Made by a program: the position numbers and the translations under genes. Positions 1-11,630 of a stretch of 64,000 bases of DNA are shown here, piece after piece. A model generated the notes under the pieces. That model saw nothing but the letters and a program-made list of their open reading frames with translations. It was not told the origin of the DNA and did no database searches. The stretch spans positions 496,001-560,000 of the forward strand of contig MCFH01000032.1 of the NCBI GenBank assembly GCA_002104945.1. Direction: 5' to 3'. The DNA is from Piromyces finnis finn. Its lineage: Eukaryota > Fungi > Neocallimastigomycota. Each line of letters opens with the position of its first letter. Within the stretch, counting starts at the first letter, position 1.

Positions 1-246
1 TAATAAATAACATAAATAAATTGATACACTTTTAACATAAATAAAACATTCTTGTAATAAAAAATATTTTAAAACCCTAACACAAACGTTATTTATAGGC
101 TCTTATAATAAACTCGATAAGTATATTCTTCTTTATTTTAATAAATAGTTTCATTATCATTATCTCATTTTAACAATTAGTGTTAAAATGTAGCTAATAA
201 TTTTATTATGTGAAATATTAATGCATATAATAAAATTATTACATTT

Positions 247-901
247 TGTTAAGGAACCAACAAATAATGTTATTCTTGTCATAATTATTGATTATGACCT
301 AATCCATTATTGTTCCTAAATGTATGAAAACTTTACAATATTCTTATTTGTAAATTAATGTATACACTTAAATTATATTTAAAATTATTAATAATTATTT
401 TTATTGAACTTAAATTTTATTTTATTAAATTTAAAAATTAATTTAGTAATAATAATATATTGGAAATTATAGTTTATTGAACTTTTAGTTTAATTTATCA
501 AGTTAATTAATTTTTATTAATTAAATTATAAATAATATTTCTGTAAACTAGTAAAATTCTTTAGTTAAATATATTTAAAGTAAACTTTTAATGTATGTTA
601 ATCAATTTAATAATATGTATAAATATTTATTATAATAGAAATGTAATTTTATTATTAATTTAAAAGTAATTTAAATACTAAAATTAATGTAAGTAATTAA
701 AGACTAATTCTTTTAATTAACACTACTTAATTTTTTACAAAAAGTAAAAAAAGGTGTATATTATAAGAATTAGAGAATATACAGATATTTTTATTTTTAT
801 TTTTATTTTTATTTTTATTTTTATTTTTATTTTTATTTTTATTTTTATTTTTATTTTTATTTTTATTTTTATTTTTATTTTTATTTTTATTTTTATTTTT
901 A

Positions 902-932
<31 letters not shown>

Positions 933-1071
933 TTATAATTTTATATTAATATCTTAATAAAACAATTTTATTAATAAAACAATTTTTCTTATTTCATTTT
1001 AATATTATTTTTGAGTATTAATAAATTTATTAATATTTTATAAATAAAATTAAATTCCTCGAACCGTAACA
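247..1071 (+). repeat. 5' LTR of element A, with (TTTTTA)n expansion at ~787-928
   Basis: Direct repeat of 7299-7989, 42294-43004 and 49509-50219. Confidence 0.95.
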
Positions 1072-1078
1072 TAAAAAT

Positions 1079-1096
1079 TGGTGGAGATATCGGGGA
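1079..1096 (+). other. Primer-binding site complementary to tRNA-Ala 3' end
   Basis: TGGTGGAGATATCGGGGA is the complement of TCCCCGATATCTCCACCA; the implied acceptor stem has U70 (G3:U70 alanine identity element). 7 nt from the LTR end. Confidence 0.85.
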
Positions 1097-1320
1097 AAAT
1101 ATTAATAAAAATTATTAATACATAGGATAAAGTAATATTAAAATATTACTAAAATATTATATAAATTTATTAAAAATTTATTACCCTTCAAAGTTATAGG
1201 TAATATTTATATTACTGTTGAAGCTTTAAGGTATAATATTTTAGTAGAACTGAATTAGTACGCTTTAGAAGCAGTACTTTATTTAAGAATTAGTGGTTAG
1301 GTTTTTAGATCTAGTTTATC

Positions 1321-1477
1321 TTTCACAGTAGGATACTGGAAAGCGCTGAACCTTTCTATTTTGTTAGAGAAATAGAAGTGCCTCGCATAATTGCTACATG
1401 ACACTGGTAATACGGTAAGCTGGGCAATTGTGAACTACTTAAGCACCCTAAATAAGTATTGGAAAATTGCTGTGAAA
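1321..1477 (+). ncRNA. Candidate structured leader domain 1 of family A/C
   Basis: Closing helix TTTCACAGTA(1321-1330)/TGCTGTGAAA(1468-1477) encloses hairpins 1354-1377, 1386-1432 and 1436-1458; locally GC-enriched; also present in C. Confidence 0.6.
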
Positions 1478-1625
1478 TGCTGTTCTACTATACTTATTAT
1501 TGTAATTAAAATTTTTAATAAATTTAATATTATTTTAGTATTTATAATTTTTTTTAAAAAAAAAATATTTTTTTTAATTGAACGATTTTTAAAAATTATT
1601 CTTTTTAAAATATAAATAAATAATT

Positions 1626-1898
1626 CGAAAGTGATCCTTAGCGTGGCAAGTTAAACTGCTGTACGTAATACTTTCGTGTTCAATTATATCTGATAATTGG
1701 GGAAGATAATCAATTATTTTCTTTCCGCTAATTAAGTTAGTGATAATAAAGAATTTAATTACGTTACTTCCCTTTATTAAATTATATTTAATATTAACCA
1801 TCGGGTATATTTGTGGCTTATCATCAAAGAGCTACGAGGGATTTTCACTTAGAATTACACAACCTATAATATTTGGTGGTCTAACATTATATAGGTTG
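1626..1898 (+). ncRNA. Candidate structured leader domain 2 of family A/C
   Basis: Run of hairpins: CGAAAGT/ACTTTCG (1626-1676), CAATTAT/ATAATTG (1681-1699), AATAAAG/CTTTATT, GTGGCT/AGCTAC, CAACCTATA/TATAGGTTG (1860-1898). Confidence 0.55.
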
Positions 1899-2056
1899 GC
1901 CTATATTTATATAAAAAGAAATAAGTTTTTAAATAATAATTAATTAAAAAAAAATATAGATATATATATCTATTCTTTTTGTTGATTCTCTTCGAGTAAT
2001 TTAATATTGCTAATTGAAATATTCTTTTCTTACTGTTTTAAGTTAAACAAGTTATA

Positions 2057-2194
2057 TCAGCATAGACAAGCCTTGTTAACTAATCAACAGAGGTATACTA
2101 GGGGTGGTAGAGAGATCCTGAAGCACGTGACGGAACTTAGATCGTGTGAATAGGGTGACGGCAACATTTACCATTAGACGAAAGACTCTTAGTT
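2057..2194 (+). ncRNA. Conserved leader RNA motif (domain 3), copy in A
   Basis: Alignable to 35305-35438 with compensatory changes in three helices; also at 44029-44164. Confidence 0.75.
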
Positions 2195-2545
2195 AATAGT
2201 CTATTATATATAATTTGGTCGGTAACTTGAATCAGTAATAACAATATTAAAATTCTTGGTAATAAATTGAAAGCAAATAATAATTAAGTTAAATATAAGA
2301 AAAACAGAAAACAAAAGTAATAATTTCATCTTTTCTGACTGAATTAAGATAGTAAGGAGTGATACTAAAAATTTAAATAAATAATTGGTAGTACGTGCTG
2401 TGCTAGATTATTTGTATCTCATTCTGTCAAGTGGTCGATAAAGGAATTTCGAACTTATAATTTTTTTAGACTATCAAAGGGATTTTTGAGTCTATACTGT
2501 GTCATCTTGTACTGCAATAAATTCGGTCAAGGAAAATAAAAGAAA

Positions 2546-3424
2546 ATGAGCAATTCTACTACAAGGATAGATTTCAAGGAATTGAAGAAGGAACTCAAGG
2601 ATATAAAAAAACTTTCCAAAGATAATTTGGACATAAGATCCTGGGCTTCTGAAATAAGTTTATGGATTGAACTTCAAGATATCACTAGTGCCAAGAAAAT
2701 TTACATGGCATGTGTGCTTACTTCTAAGGGTGAACCAAGAAAGGTAATCCAAGAGTTGGAAGATAAAGACAGTGATAGTGAAGATGAATATGAGAGTGAA
2801 AATGAAGAAGAGAATCAGAAAAATGAATCTAATGAAGAAGATTATCCCTCACTTGGGAAAATTATCAATGCCCTTGAAACATTTTATGGATTAAAAGAAG
2901 ATCAAAGTATGTTATTACGGGAACTAAGAAGACTACGTATAAGAAGAAATGAATCAGTTAAAGATTTCAATAGAAGATATAGATCTTTATATTTAAAGTT
3001 GGATAAGAAAAAGAAGAAGCAGATTAGTGTGTTGGATTATGCAGATTCTTTACAAAATAATAAAGAAGCATGGAGAAAAGTATCTTTAAAAGACGATATT
3101 ACGTTAGAAAAGGCCTTCGAGATAGCTGAAAAAGTAGATAGGTTAGCTACTAGAATAGAGAGTGATGGTACTACCTCCACTACAGAAATGACTAAGCGTT
3201 ATACTCATTTTCAACCGTATAAAAGGAAAGTTACATTTACTGAAGCCAAAAAGTCCAATAAAGATGTGGATATGGATAACTTAGTTAAGAAGATGAAAAA
3301 TTTGACGATTAAAGCCTGTTTCTTCTGTAGTGAGCCTGGTCATTATCAACAAAATTGCCCAAAACTTCAAGCTATTATTGAAGGAAATAAGAAACGTTAT
3401 TATGATAATCATTTAAATCATTAA
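2546..3424 (+). CDS. gag: Gag of element A (capsid-like domain plus CCHC zinc knuckle)
   Basis: 292-aa ORF containing CFFCSEPGHYQQNC (CX2CX4HX4C), positioned after the leader and before pol. Confidence 0.92.
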   Translation: MSNSTTRIDFKELKKELKDIKKLSKDNLDIRSWASEISLWIELQDITSAKKIYMACVLTSKGEPRKVIQELEDKDSDSEDEYESENEEENQKNESNEEDYPSLGKIINALETFYGLKEDQSMLLRELRRLRIRRNESVKDFNRRYRSLYLKLDKKKKKQISVLDYADSLQNNKEAWRKVSLKDDITLEKAFEIAEKVDRLATRIESDGTTSTTEMTKRYTHFQPYKRKVTFTEAKKSNKDVDMDNLVKKMKNLTIKACFFCSEPGHYQQNCPKLQAIIEGNKKRYYDNHLNH

Positions 3425-6400
3425 GTGGGAGAAGAAGCACTCCCATCGTCAATAAAATAGCTTCAATTCAGTATCATGCAAACTCAAGTGAAGAAGCGAC
3501 AAATCAGAGCGACTGGTCAGAAAAAGATAATGATGAAGCAACTGAGAGTGACTTTGAAGATGATACTGATATTAATGAACATTTCTTTGTATGCGCTAAT
3601 AAAAGAAAGTTAGATAGAATAAGCAAAGAACAAGATGATAATAAAGATAAACGACTTCACAAAAACTTGAAAAATGATCCTAGACCTATTCTTACACCTG
3701 CTCTTAGGAAACGTAAAGTACAAGAATTAGAAAATATACCAATAGATGTTTCTTCTAAGCAACTGCATCCTTCTATTATTGCTCAACCGAATATCAAAGA
3801 ACAAAAACTAAAAGAAAGAAAACTTCGGGATAAAGAGCGTGCTAATAGTAGTGAACAAAAGGAAGAAGAAAAGAATGAATTGGCAAGTTCTAATGAAGAT
3901 CCTATTATTATCGACTATGATGAAGAAGAAATGTTATCTGCAATTACAGATAAGAAAGGTGCTAAGGTGGTAGTGAAAGATAACACAAGTGAATCAACAA
4001 AATCTACTTCTAATTCAACTCTAAATAAATTAATGAAAGAGCAAAAGAAAGAAAAACCTGCAGAATCGAAGGTTAAGAAAACTGCTAGAAATATTCAAAT
4101 GATAGCAGATACGGAAGAATATAATGTAGTTAAAGATCTTAACGAAACAAAATGCAATATTACTTTTGGTCAATTACTTAACTCGGCTCCAAATTTACGA
4201 ACGCAAGTGTCACAAGGTCTTAAACTGGAAAAGAACGACACAAAAATTGTGGGGGTTCTGGAGAATTTTAATGCTACTTCGGTATTAGTAAATAATGTAG
4301 ATCATTCGTATGTAAGCAAAAGTAAAGAAGTATCAGAAGAAGATATCGCTATGGTAGATGTAACGGTTGATGGGGTACCAGGTAAATTATTAGTTGATTC
4401 CTGTAGCAACTTAAGTATTATAACAAAAAAATATTTAGATAAACTTCCCCATCAATATGAATCTATTGGATTGAGTTGTGGAAGAATACGTTTAGCTACT
4501 AAAAATGATGATTATTCGGAAGGCATAATTATTAGAGTACCGGTCCAGATAAATGATCTTACAATCACTGCTGATTTTAGAGTGGTGGATAAAGAAGACC
4601 CTTTTTATGATATGTTAATTAATTTGAAAACCCAAATGGATAACAACTTATTTATCCACCCCACTTCGCTATAGTCTTTGCAGATTTAACTCAAATGGAT
4701 TTATTGAAGATATTGCTCCAATCAATAACAAATATGATGATGAAGAAAAAATTATGTGTATGATACGTAGAGTTGGTAATGAAGATTTTAAAAGTGATTT
4801 GAAAAATATTGAAGGTTTACCACCTTCAGAATATATTCACAATAAAAATTTTACTGAGACTCTTAATGAAAAGTATCGGGAACAAATTGTTCGGATATTG
4901 GAAGAAAACATTGAAATCATTGCTACTTCGTCTGAAGAACTAACACCTTCGAATTTAACTCCCCATAAGATTAATTTAAAGCCAGGAGCAAAGCCAATAA
5001 AACAAAGATAGTATAGGTTAGCCAAGTTCAAATCTGATATACTTAAGGAAGAATTGTCTAAATTGATTAATAAAAAGCTAATTGAGCCTTCGTACTCGGA
5101 ATGGTCTTCTCCAGTGGTTTTGGTCACGAAGCATAATGGGAAATGGAGAATGTGCGTGGACTATCGAAGAGTTAATGATTTGTCTGAAAAGGATGCCTAT
5201 TCAATTCCTTTTATAGATGAGATATTTGATAGTTTACATGGTGCAACTATATTCACTACTATGGACTTATATTCCGGCTATCATCAAATTCTTATGGATG
5301 AAGAAAGCGTTGAATTGACAAGTTTTACAACTAAGTTTGGTAATTACCAATTCAAGGTTATGCCTTTTGGTCTCACTGGAGCACCCGCTACATTTCAGAG
5401 GGAGATGAATCGAATTCTGTTTCCGTTAATTGGAAAGTGTGTTTATAACTTCATTGATGATATTCTGATCTATTCAAAGAGTATTGAAGAACATATTGAA
5501 CATATAAATCAAGTTTTAGCAATTTTCCGGGAAAACAAACTAAAAATCAATATTGAAAAATGTCATTTTATGCAAACTGAAGTTGACGTATTAGGCCATC
5601 GTGTAACTACAGAAGGTCTTAAACCATTAGATAACAAAATCCAAGCTATAAAAAATTGGAAACCTCCTTCGAATATCCATGAATTAAGATCATTCTTAGG
5701 TTCAATTGGATATTATAGAGATTTTATTCCTAATTATGCTAAACTTACTGCTCCCTTGTGTAAGTTGCTTAGAAAAGGTGTTCCTTTTAAATGGTGTAAT
5801 GAACAACAAGAGAGTTTTATTATATTGAAAGAAAAGTTAATTAATGAGCCTATTCTGAAATTCCCTAATTTTGAGAAAGAATTTATAATCCGAACAGATG
5901 CATCGTATGAAGGAATCGGAGGAGTATTATTACAAAAGGAAGGTACCGATATTGAACATCCAATTCATTATATTAGCCGAAGTCTGACGAAAGCAGAAAA
6001 AAATTATGGAATTACTGACTTGGAAGGGACTGCCTTATTTTACTGCATTACTAAATTAAAGCCTTATATAATGGGAAGTCCATTCAAGACTATCGTCTAT
6101 ACTGATCATAAACCATTAATTGGATTATTTAAAAATAAGGAGCCAAACAATGCAAGACAAACAAGATGGTGTTTAACAGCTAGTATGCTAGGAGTTGATA
6201 TTCGTTATTAACAAGGTAAAAAGAATGTTGTAGCAGATGCACTGTCTCGAATGAGAAATGTCAAAGATAAGGAAGTGTTAGCTACTAAAATTAATAAAGG
6301 TATAGAAGAAACCATGCTATCTAAGGTAATTAAAGAATTTGTTGAAGAAAAGTTCACCAAAATAGATGGGGTGGATTACTTTATTGATGGAAGGAATTAT

Positions 6401-7275
6401 CGAAAACTGATCACGGAAACCAATGAAAAGCTGAAATTGATTTTGGAAGCTCATAACATTGGACATGAAGGATATTATAAAACTTATCAACGTCTGAGAA
6501 AAAACTATTATTGGAACGATATGGTTAATGATATTCGAAGAGTTGTAGCCAAATGTGAAAAATGCCAACTTAATCGCCCTCAACCATATCCAGAACCTAC
6601 GGAAAATCTTCCAACTGAGGTTGAAGCTCCTTTCACACATCTGGGTTTAGATATCATTGGTCCATTAGTAAAAACTCGTAACAATAACCAATATATTATA
6701 GTTGCAGTGGATCATTTCACAAAATGGGTCGAAGCAGAACCCACCGAAAATATCACTTCAAAGGATGTCATAAAATTTTTAATCAATGTTTTCTCTCGAC
6801 ATGGAGTACCACAAGTCATTACAACCGATAACGGTGTCCAATTTACCTCAGATATGACCAAAGTTTTCCTGGACTTATATGATGTTTATGTTAAGTTTGT
6901 TTCAACCTATCATCCAGAAAGTAATGGACTAAGGGTATTAGTCAGTCTTCGGATGAAATCTTACTTGAGAAGTTTATTAATCATTACAGGTGGACGTTGG
7001 AAGCTTGTGAAAATATTAAAAATGCGAATAAATACTGGGCTACTAGAAGGGAAGAAAAACAAAGTATGACTAAGGGCAAAAATATCCATATCGGTGATCT
7101 AGTATTAGTTAGAAATTTTAATCGAACGAAGTTAGAGTCTTATTTCGTTGGGCCACTCAAAGTTGTCAAGAAACAATTCAATACGGTTACTTTAGCTGAT
7201 ATATCCACTGGAATTCAGATGAACCGAAATGTTCATCTTAAGAACATTGTAAAGTTTAACTCTGCTTTTGCGTAA
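3412..7275 (+). pseudogene. pol: Disrupted pol of element A (PR-RT-RNaseH-IN)
   Basis: Compared with C: +1 C insertion near 4660, stops at 5009 and 6209, and a ~196-bp integrase deletion at ~6928 (C 48942-49137). Motifs LVDSCS, FIDD, TDAS and H-H-C-C remain. Confidence 0.95.
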
Positions 7276-7298
7276 GCAAGAGTCTTCGTGGGGGCACT

Positions 7299-7989
7299 TG
7301 TTAAGGAACCAACAAATAATGTTATTCTTGTCATAATTAATGATTATGACCTAATCCATTATTGTTCCTAAATGTATGAAAACTTTACAATATTCTTATT
7401 TGTAAATTAATATATACACTTAAATTATATTTAAAATTATTAATAATTATTTTTATTGAACTTAAATCTTATTTTATTAAACTTAAAAATTAATTTAGTA
7501 ATAATAATATATTGAAAATTATAGTTTATTGAACTTTTAGTTTAATTTATCAAGTTAATGAATTTTTATTAATTAAATTATAAATAATATTTCTGTAAAC
7601 TAGTAAAATTCTTTAGTTAAATATATTTAAAGTAAACTTTTAATGTATGTTAATCAATTTAATAATTTATTATAATAGTAATGTAATTTTATTATTCATT
7701 TAAAAGTAATTTAAATACTAAAATTAATGTAAGTAATTAAAGACTAATTCTTTTAATTAACACTACTTAATTTTTTACAAAAAGTATAAAAAGATGTATA
7801 TTATAAGAATTAGAGAATATACAGATATTTTTATTTTTTTTATTTTATTTTTATAAGTTTATATTTATATCCTAATAAAACAAATTTATTAATAAAACGA
7901 TTTTTCTTATTTCATTTTAATATTATTTTTGAGTATTAATAAATTTATTAATATTTTATAAATAAAATTAAATTCCTCGAACCGTAACA
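7299..7989 (+). repeat. 3' LTR of element A
   Basis: Follows the PPT; direct repeat of 247-1071 with several substitutions and indels. Confidence 0.95.
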
Positions 7990-7993
7990 ACTG

Positions 7994-8252
7994 TGATAAA
8001 ATAGAAAATATTATCTTAATTCTATATTTTACTATAGAAAGTGATAATATTTGTATCTAAAAAAAATAAGAAAATAAAATAAATGATTTTTATACTTGTT
8101 CATTTGCAAGTATTAGTTAATTTTTAAAAATATAAAGTTTATTATATTTAATTATTTTATTATAATATTATTTAATAACTCTCGTTTATAATTATACTTT
8201 AAAATTATCATATTAAAGTATAATTATAAACAAATATAAACTATTTAATTTA

Positions 8253-8283
<31 letters not shown>

Positions 8284-8414
8284 TTAACATTTACAATTTT
8301 TAATTTAATAATTTTATACATGTTAAATATTTTAATTTTTATCTGTATTTAAATTATTGTTATTAATATTTCGATTTTTATTAATTTATAATTTATAAAT
8401 TTAATTATTTATCA
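7994..8414 (-). mobile_element. Solo LTR, family F (TGATA...TATCA), internally deleted
   Basis: Reverse complement of the 15253-15907 unit; both termini present; 4 nt from the end of element A. Confidence 0.8.
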
Positions 8415-8423
8415 ACAAGATAA

Positions 8424-9653
8424 TGTCACAATAACATATATAAAAATTTAAAAAATTTGGACACATGGAAAAAATTAAAAATTTCTTTAAAATTTGAAAA
8501 CTTGAAAAAATTTATTTTTTAAATTTTTATTAAAAAATTTCAAAGTATAAAATTTCTAATCTTTGAAATTATTAAATTTTTTTAAAATTATTAAAATTTT
8601 ATTATTAAAAATTTTATTTTAAATTTATTAACTATTTACAATAATTATATTAATTATTAATTTATAAAAATTAAATATTTTATAATTAGACAATAATTAA
8701 TTAAAATTAAAAAATGTAATAATTAAAATTATTCATGTATAAAAAGAACAAAAATTGACAAAAATTACGAATCTTTAGCGTTAGTAATTTTTTAACTTAA
8801 AGTTAAAAAAATTTATAAACTTCAATAAAACCCAAAACTTTAAAAATTTTAATATTTTTAATAACTTAATATATGCTGATATTAAGTTATTGCTAATATA
8901 AAAATATTATTTAGTTTTCTTTATATAAATATTTGTAAAGATATCAAACGCCTCAACTTGATATCTTTAATGTAACTTAAGCCATAAGTATTATTATTTA
9001 AGTTACACAAATTATATTCAGAAAAAGAAAATGAGACATAATTTATTTATTAATAATTAAAATTTAAAACAAAATAAAGTATTAATTTATTTTTAATGTT
9101 TAACAAGTAAATTAAAATTCTCAATTTAAATCCCTAGTTTTAGTATTGTTTTTTTTTATAGAAATGGATAAATAATATATAAATAATAAATAATTAATAT
9201 ATCAATAATACATGGGCACATATTCAAATTGAATAGTACTTAATTTGAATTGCCAATTGTATTTTACTAAAAATAGTTATAGTTAAAATATTTATTAATA
9301 ATTAAGATTTTAGTGTAGATTTTAAATAATATATAAGAAATAAATAGTTATAATATAATATAAATGTATTTAGGAAAAATATAAATAGAAGATATTTTTC
9401 ATCATTTTATCGATGTAATTGTTATTAATAAATTTCTACTATAATAAAAGATATTTTTAATAAAACAATTTTATTTTTTATTTTAAATTTTGTGTTATTG
9501 TAATAGAATAGATATCCTAATCTATTCTTCTAGTGTCAACATTACAATATTATTAACTTTACGCCTTCAATAGGAAAGCGTATTATATTTGTTAATTAAT
9601 ATAACTAGTGTGCTTACCACACTTTTCTTTAATAAAAAATCGCTTTTTTGACA
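8424..9653. mobile_element. Probable solo LTR X (TGTCA...TGACA)
   Basis: 5-bp terminal inverted repeat; flanks GATAA/GATGA (5-bp TSD with one mismatch). No second copy in the window. Confidence 0.5.
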
Positions 9654-9655
9654 GA

Positions 9656-9780
9656 TGATAAATAATTAAATTTATAAATTATAAATTAATAATAATAATA
9701 ATAACAATAATTAAAATACAGATAAAAATTAAAATATTTAACATGTATAAAATTATTAAATTAAAAATTATAAATGTAAA

Positions 9781-9811
<31 letters not shown>

Positions 9812-10905
9812 TAAATTAAATAGTTTATATTTGTTTATAACTATACTTTAAAATAATAATTTTGTATAAATAGTAATAGAAAATGTTCTTTATAAAAGAT
9901 GTTCCTAATAATCAAGTAAAATTAGATATATCATATTAAATTTAATAAATGGTTACTAATTATCCAAGAGAGAAAAATTAGATATTTATTTTAATAAAAC
10001 AATATTTTTTTATATAACTTCTATGATACATACAAGATGTATTAATTCTTAATTATTTAATAATACGAGAGTTATTAAATAATTTTATAATTTTATAATT
10101 AAATATAATAAACTTTATATTTTTAAAAATTAACTAATACTTGCAAATGAACAAGTATAAAAATCATTTATTTTATTTTCTTATTTTTTTTAGATACAAA
10201 TATTATCACTTGTCAAGAGTTTGAGTGGATTTAGAGTTATAATTAAGTCTACTAGGTTAGGATAGGCTTAATTATATAGTAAATAATAAATTTTTATAAA
10301 TAAAAGAATAATAAATATAGTTTTTTTTAAGAATTATTTTATTTAATTTTTATAATATAAATAAATGATAATTATCAATTTTAAATATTGAATTTACTAT
10401 ATAAAAATGTGTATAATAATCTCACAAAGAACTTCTTAAAGTTGTTCTTTGTTCAACTTATTTATACTTTCATTTTTAATATAACATTGATATTAATAAA
10501 GTATAATAATAATATAATTTAAGTTATACATGTATAATAATATAAATATAAATATTAATAAAATATAATAATAATAATAATATAATTTTCTTTAAATATC
10601 GATATTAATAAGTTGTTAAAAATAATATTAATAATTATTTAAATGAATCTTATTTTACTAATTGGTTTGTTTAATATTAATTAATTTTTACACTATTTAT
10701 CTCCGGATAATAAATAGCCTTCCAATTAATATTTATATTAAATAAACTATTATTAGTAAAATACTATTAAATTAATATTTTAATTAATTTAACTAATAAT
10801 TCAAAATTATGAAGTTTCATGAAATGTCAAATTTCATGAATTGTGATTTTGACATCACTTTCTATAGTAAAATATAGAATTAAGATAATATTTTCTATTG
10901 TATCA
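9656..10905 (+). mobile_element. Solo LTR, family F (copy F0), interrupted by solo LTR M
   Basis: Aligns to 15253-15907 on both sides of the nested insertion. Confidence 0.85.
10211..10854. mobile_element. Nested solo LTR M (TGTCAA...TTGACA)
   Basis: Perfect 5-bp TSD TCACT at 10206-10210 and 10855-10859; 6-bp terminal inverted repeat. Confidence 0.85.
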
Positions 10906-11630
10906 ACAGTGTAATAATTATATTATATTTATTATATAATAATAATTATTAGCTTCAAATTAATAATATAAATTATTATTAAAATGTGAAAATAAAAGTA
11001 AAATTAGAAACTTAACTTAATGAGTGTATTATAAGAAATTATAATAAACAAACACCAAATGTATCAGAATTTTTTGTGTATTTAATAGTTTTTTAATATT
11101 TATTTTATTATTTATTATTTTGTATAAAGTTATTTATTATAATTTATCTTATAATAATAACTCTTGATTTCTCAAATCGAACTCAAGAGTACTATTTATA
11201 TGTTTTATTTTATTAAATTAAAATTTCTAAGAATATTCTAATCTTAACAAAAATCTTTTTAGGAAAAGACTAGAAGAAAAACCTAAAAAGTTATTTGATT
11301 GATATTCTAATCATACCAATCATCATAATATTAAGTAAAACTGTTGATAACGGGTAAAACCTTAATATCCGATTTCCTATTACATACTAATATATAGTTG
11401 TATAATATTATTAATGTAATTAGTATGTGTTTTATCTTTTATAATACAAGTGTATATAAATGAATATATAAATACATAATTAAATAAATTAATTAATCTA
11501 ATATAGTGAATGAATAATTATTAACTAAATAAATATTTATAATATTTAACTTAACAAATAAATATATTAATAAATAAATATATTAATATAATTTAATGGA
11601 TTAATGATTATTAACTAAATAAATTATTTA

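Larger units (their letters stand above)
247..7989 (+). mobile_element. Ty3/gypsy LTR retrotransposon, family A/C, decayed copy A
   Basis: Two TG..CA LTRs (TGTTAAGG...CCGTAACA), tRNA PBS, gag, PR-RT-RH-IN order, GGGGG PPT at 7290-7294; close paralogue of the intact copy at 42294-50219. Flanks ATTT/ACTG do not form a TSD. Confidence 0.97.

Noticed and set aside
754-957. ORF with IFIFIF repeat
   Set aside because: Translation of the (TTTTTA)n tract inside the LTR.
1444-1450. Kissing interaction CACCCTA with TAGGGTG at 2151
   Set aside because: C changes the target to TAAGGTG without a compensating change in the loop, and B lacks this loop.
1391-1943. Short leader ORFs, also at 43324-43885
   Set aside because: Mostly non-ATG starts and low-complexity translations; conserved only because A and C are close copies; they overlap predicted RNA helices.
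2100-2145. TPP riboswitch or RNase P resemblance (GGGGTG, GAACTTAGATC; GGAAAGCGC at ~1338)
   Set aside because: Required partner strands and conserved-region order are missing; the word matches are too short.
2115-2175. Hammerhead ribozyme reading (CTGAAG...GAA)
   Set aside because: Position 9 is C rather than A, no stem III or UH site forms, and stem I is not adjacent to the core.
2150-2190. HDV-like ribozyme reading (GGCAACA...CGAA)
   Set aside because: No P1/P2/P3 partners found, and the would-be catalytic C is T in copy B.
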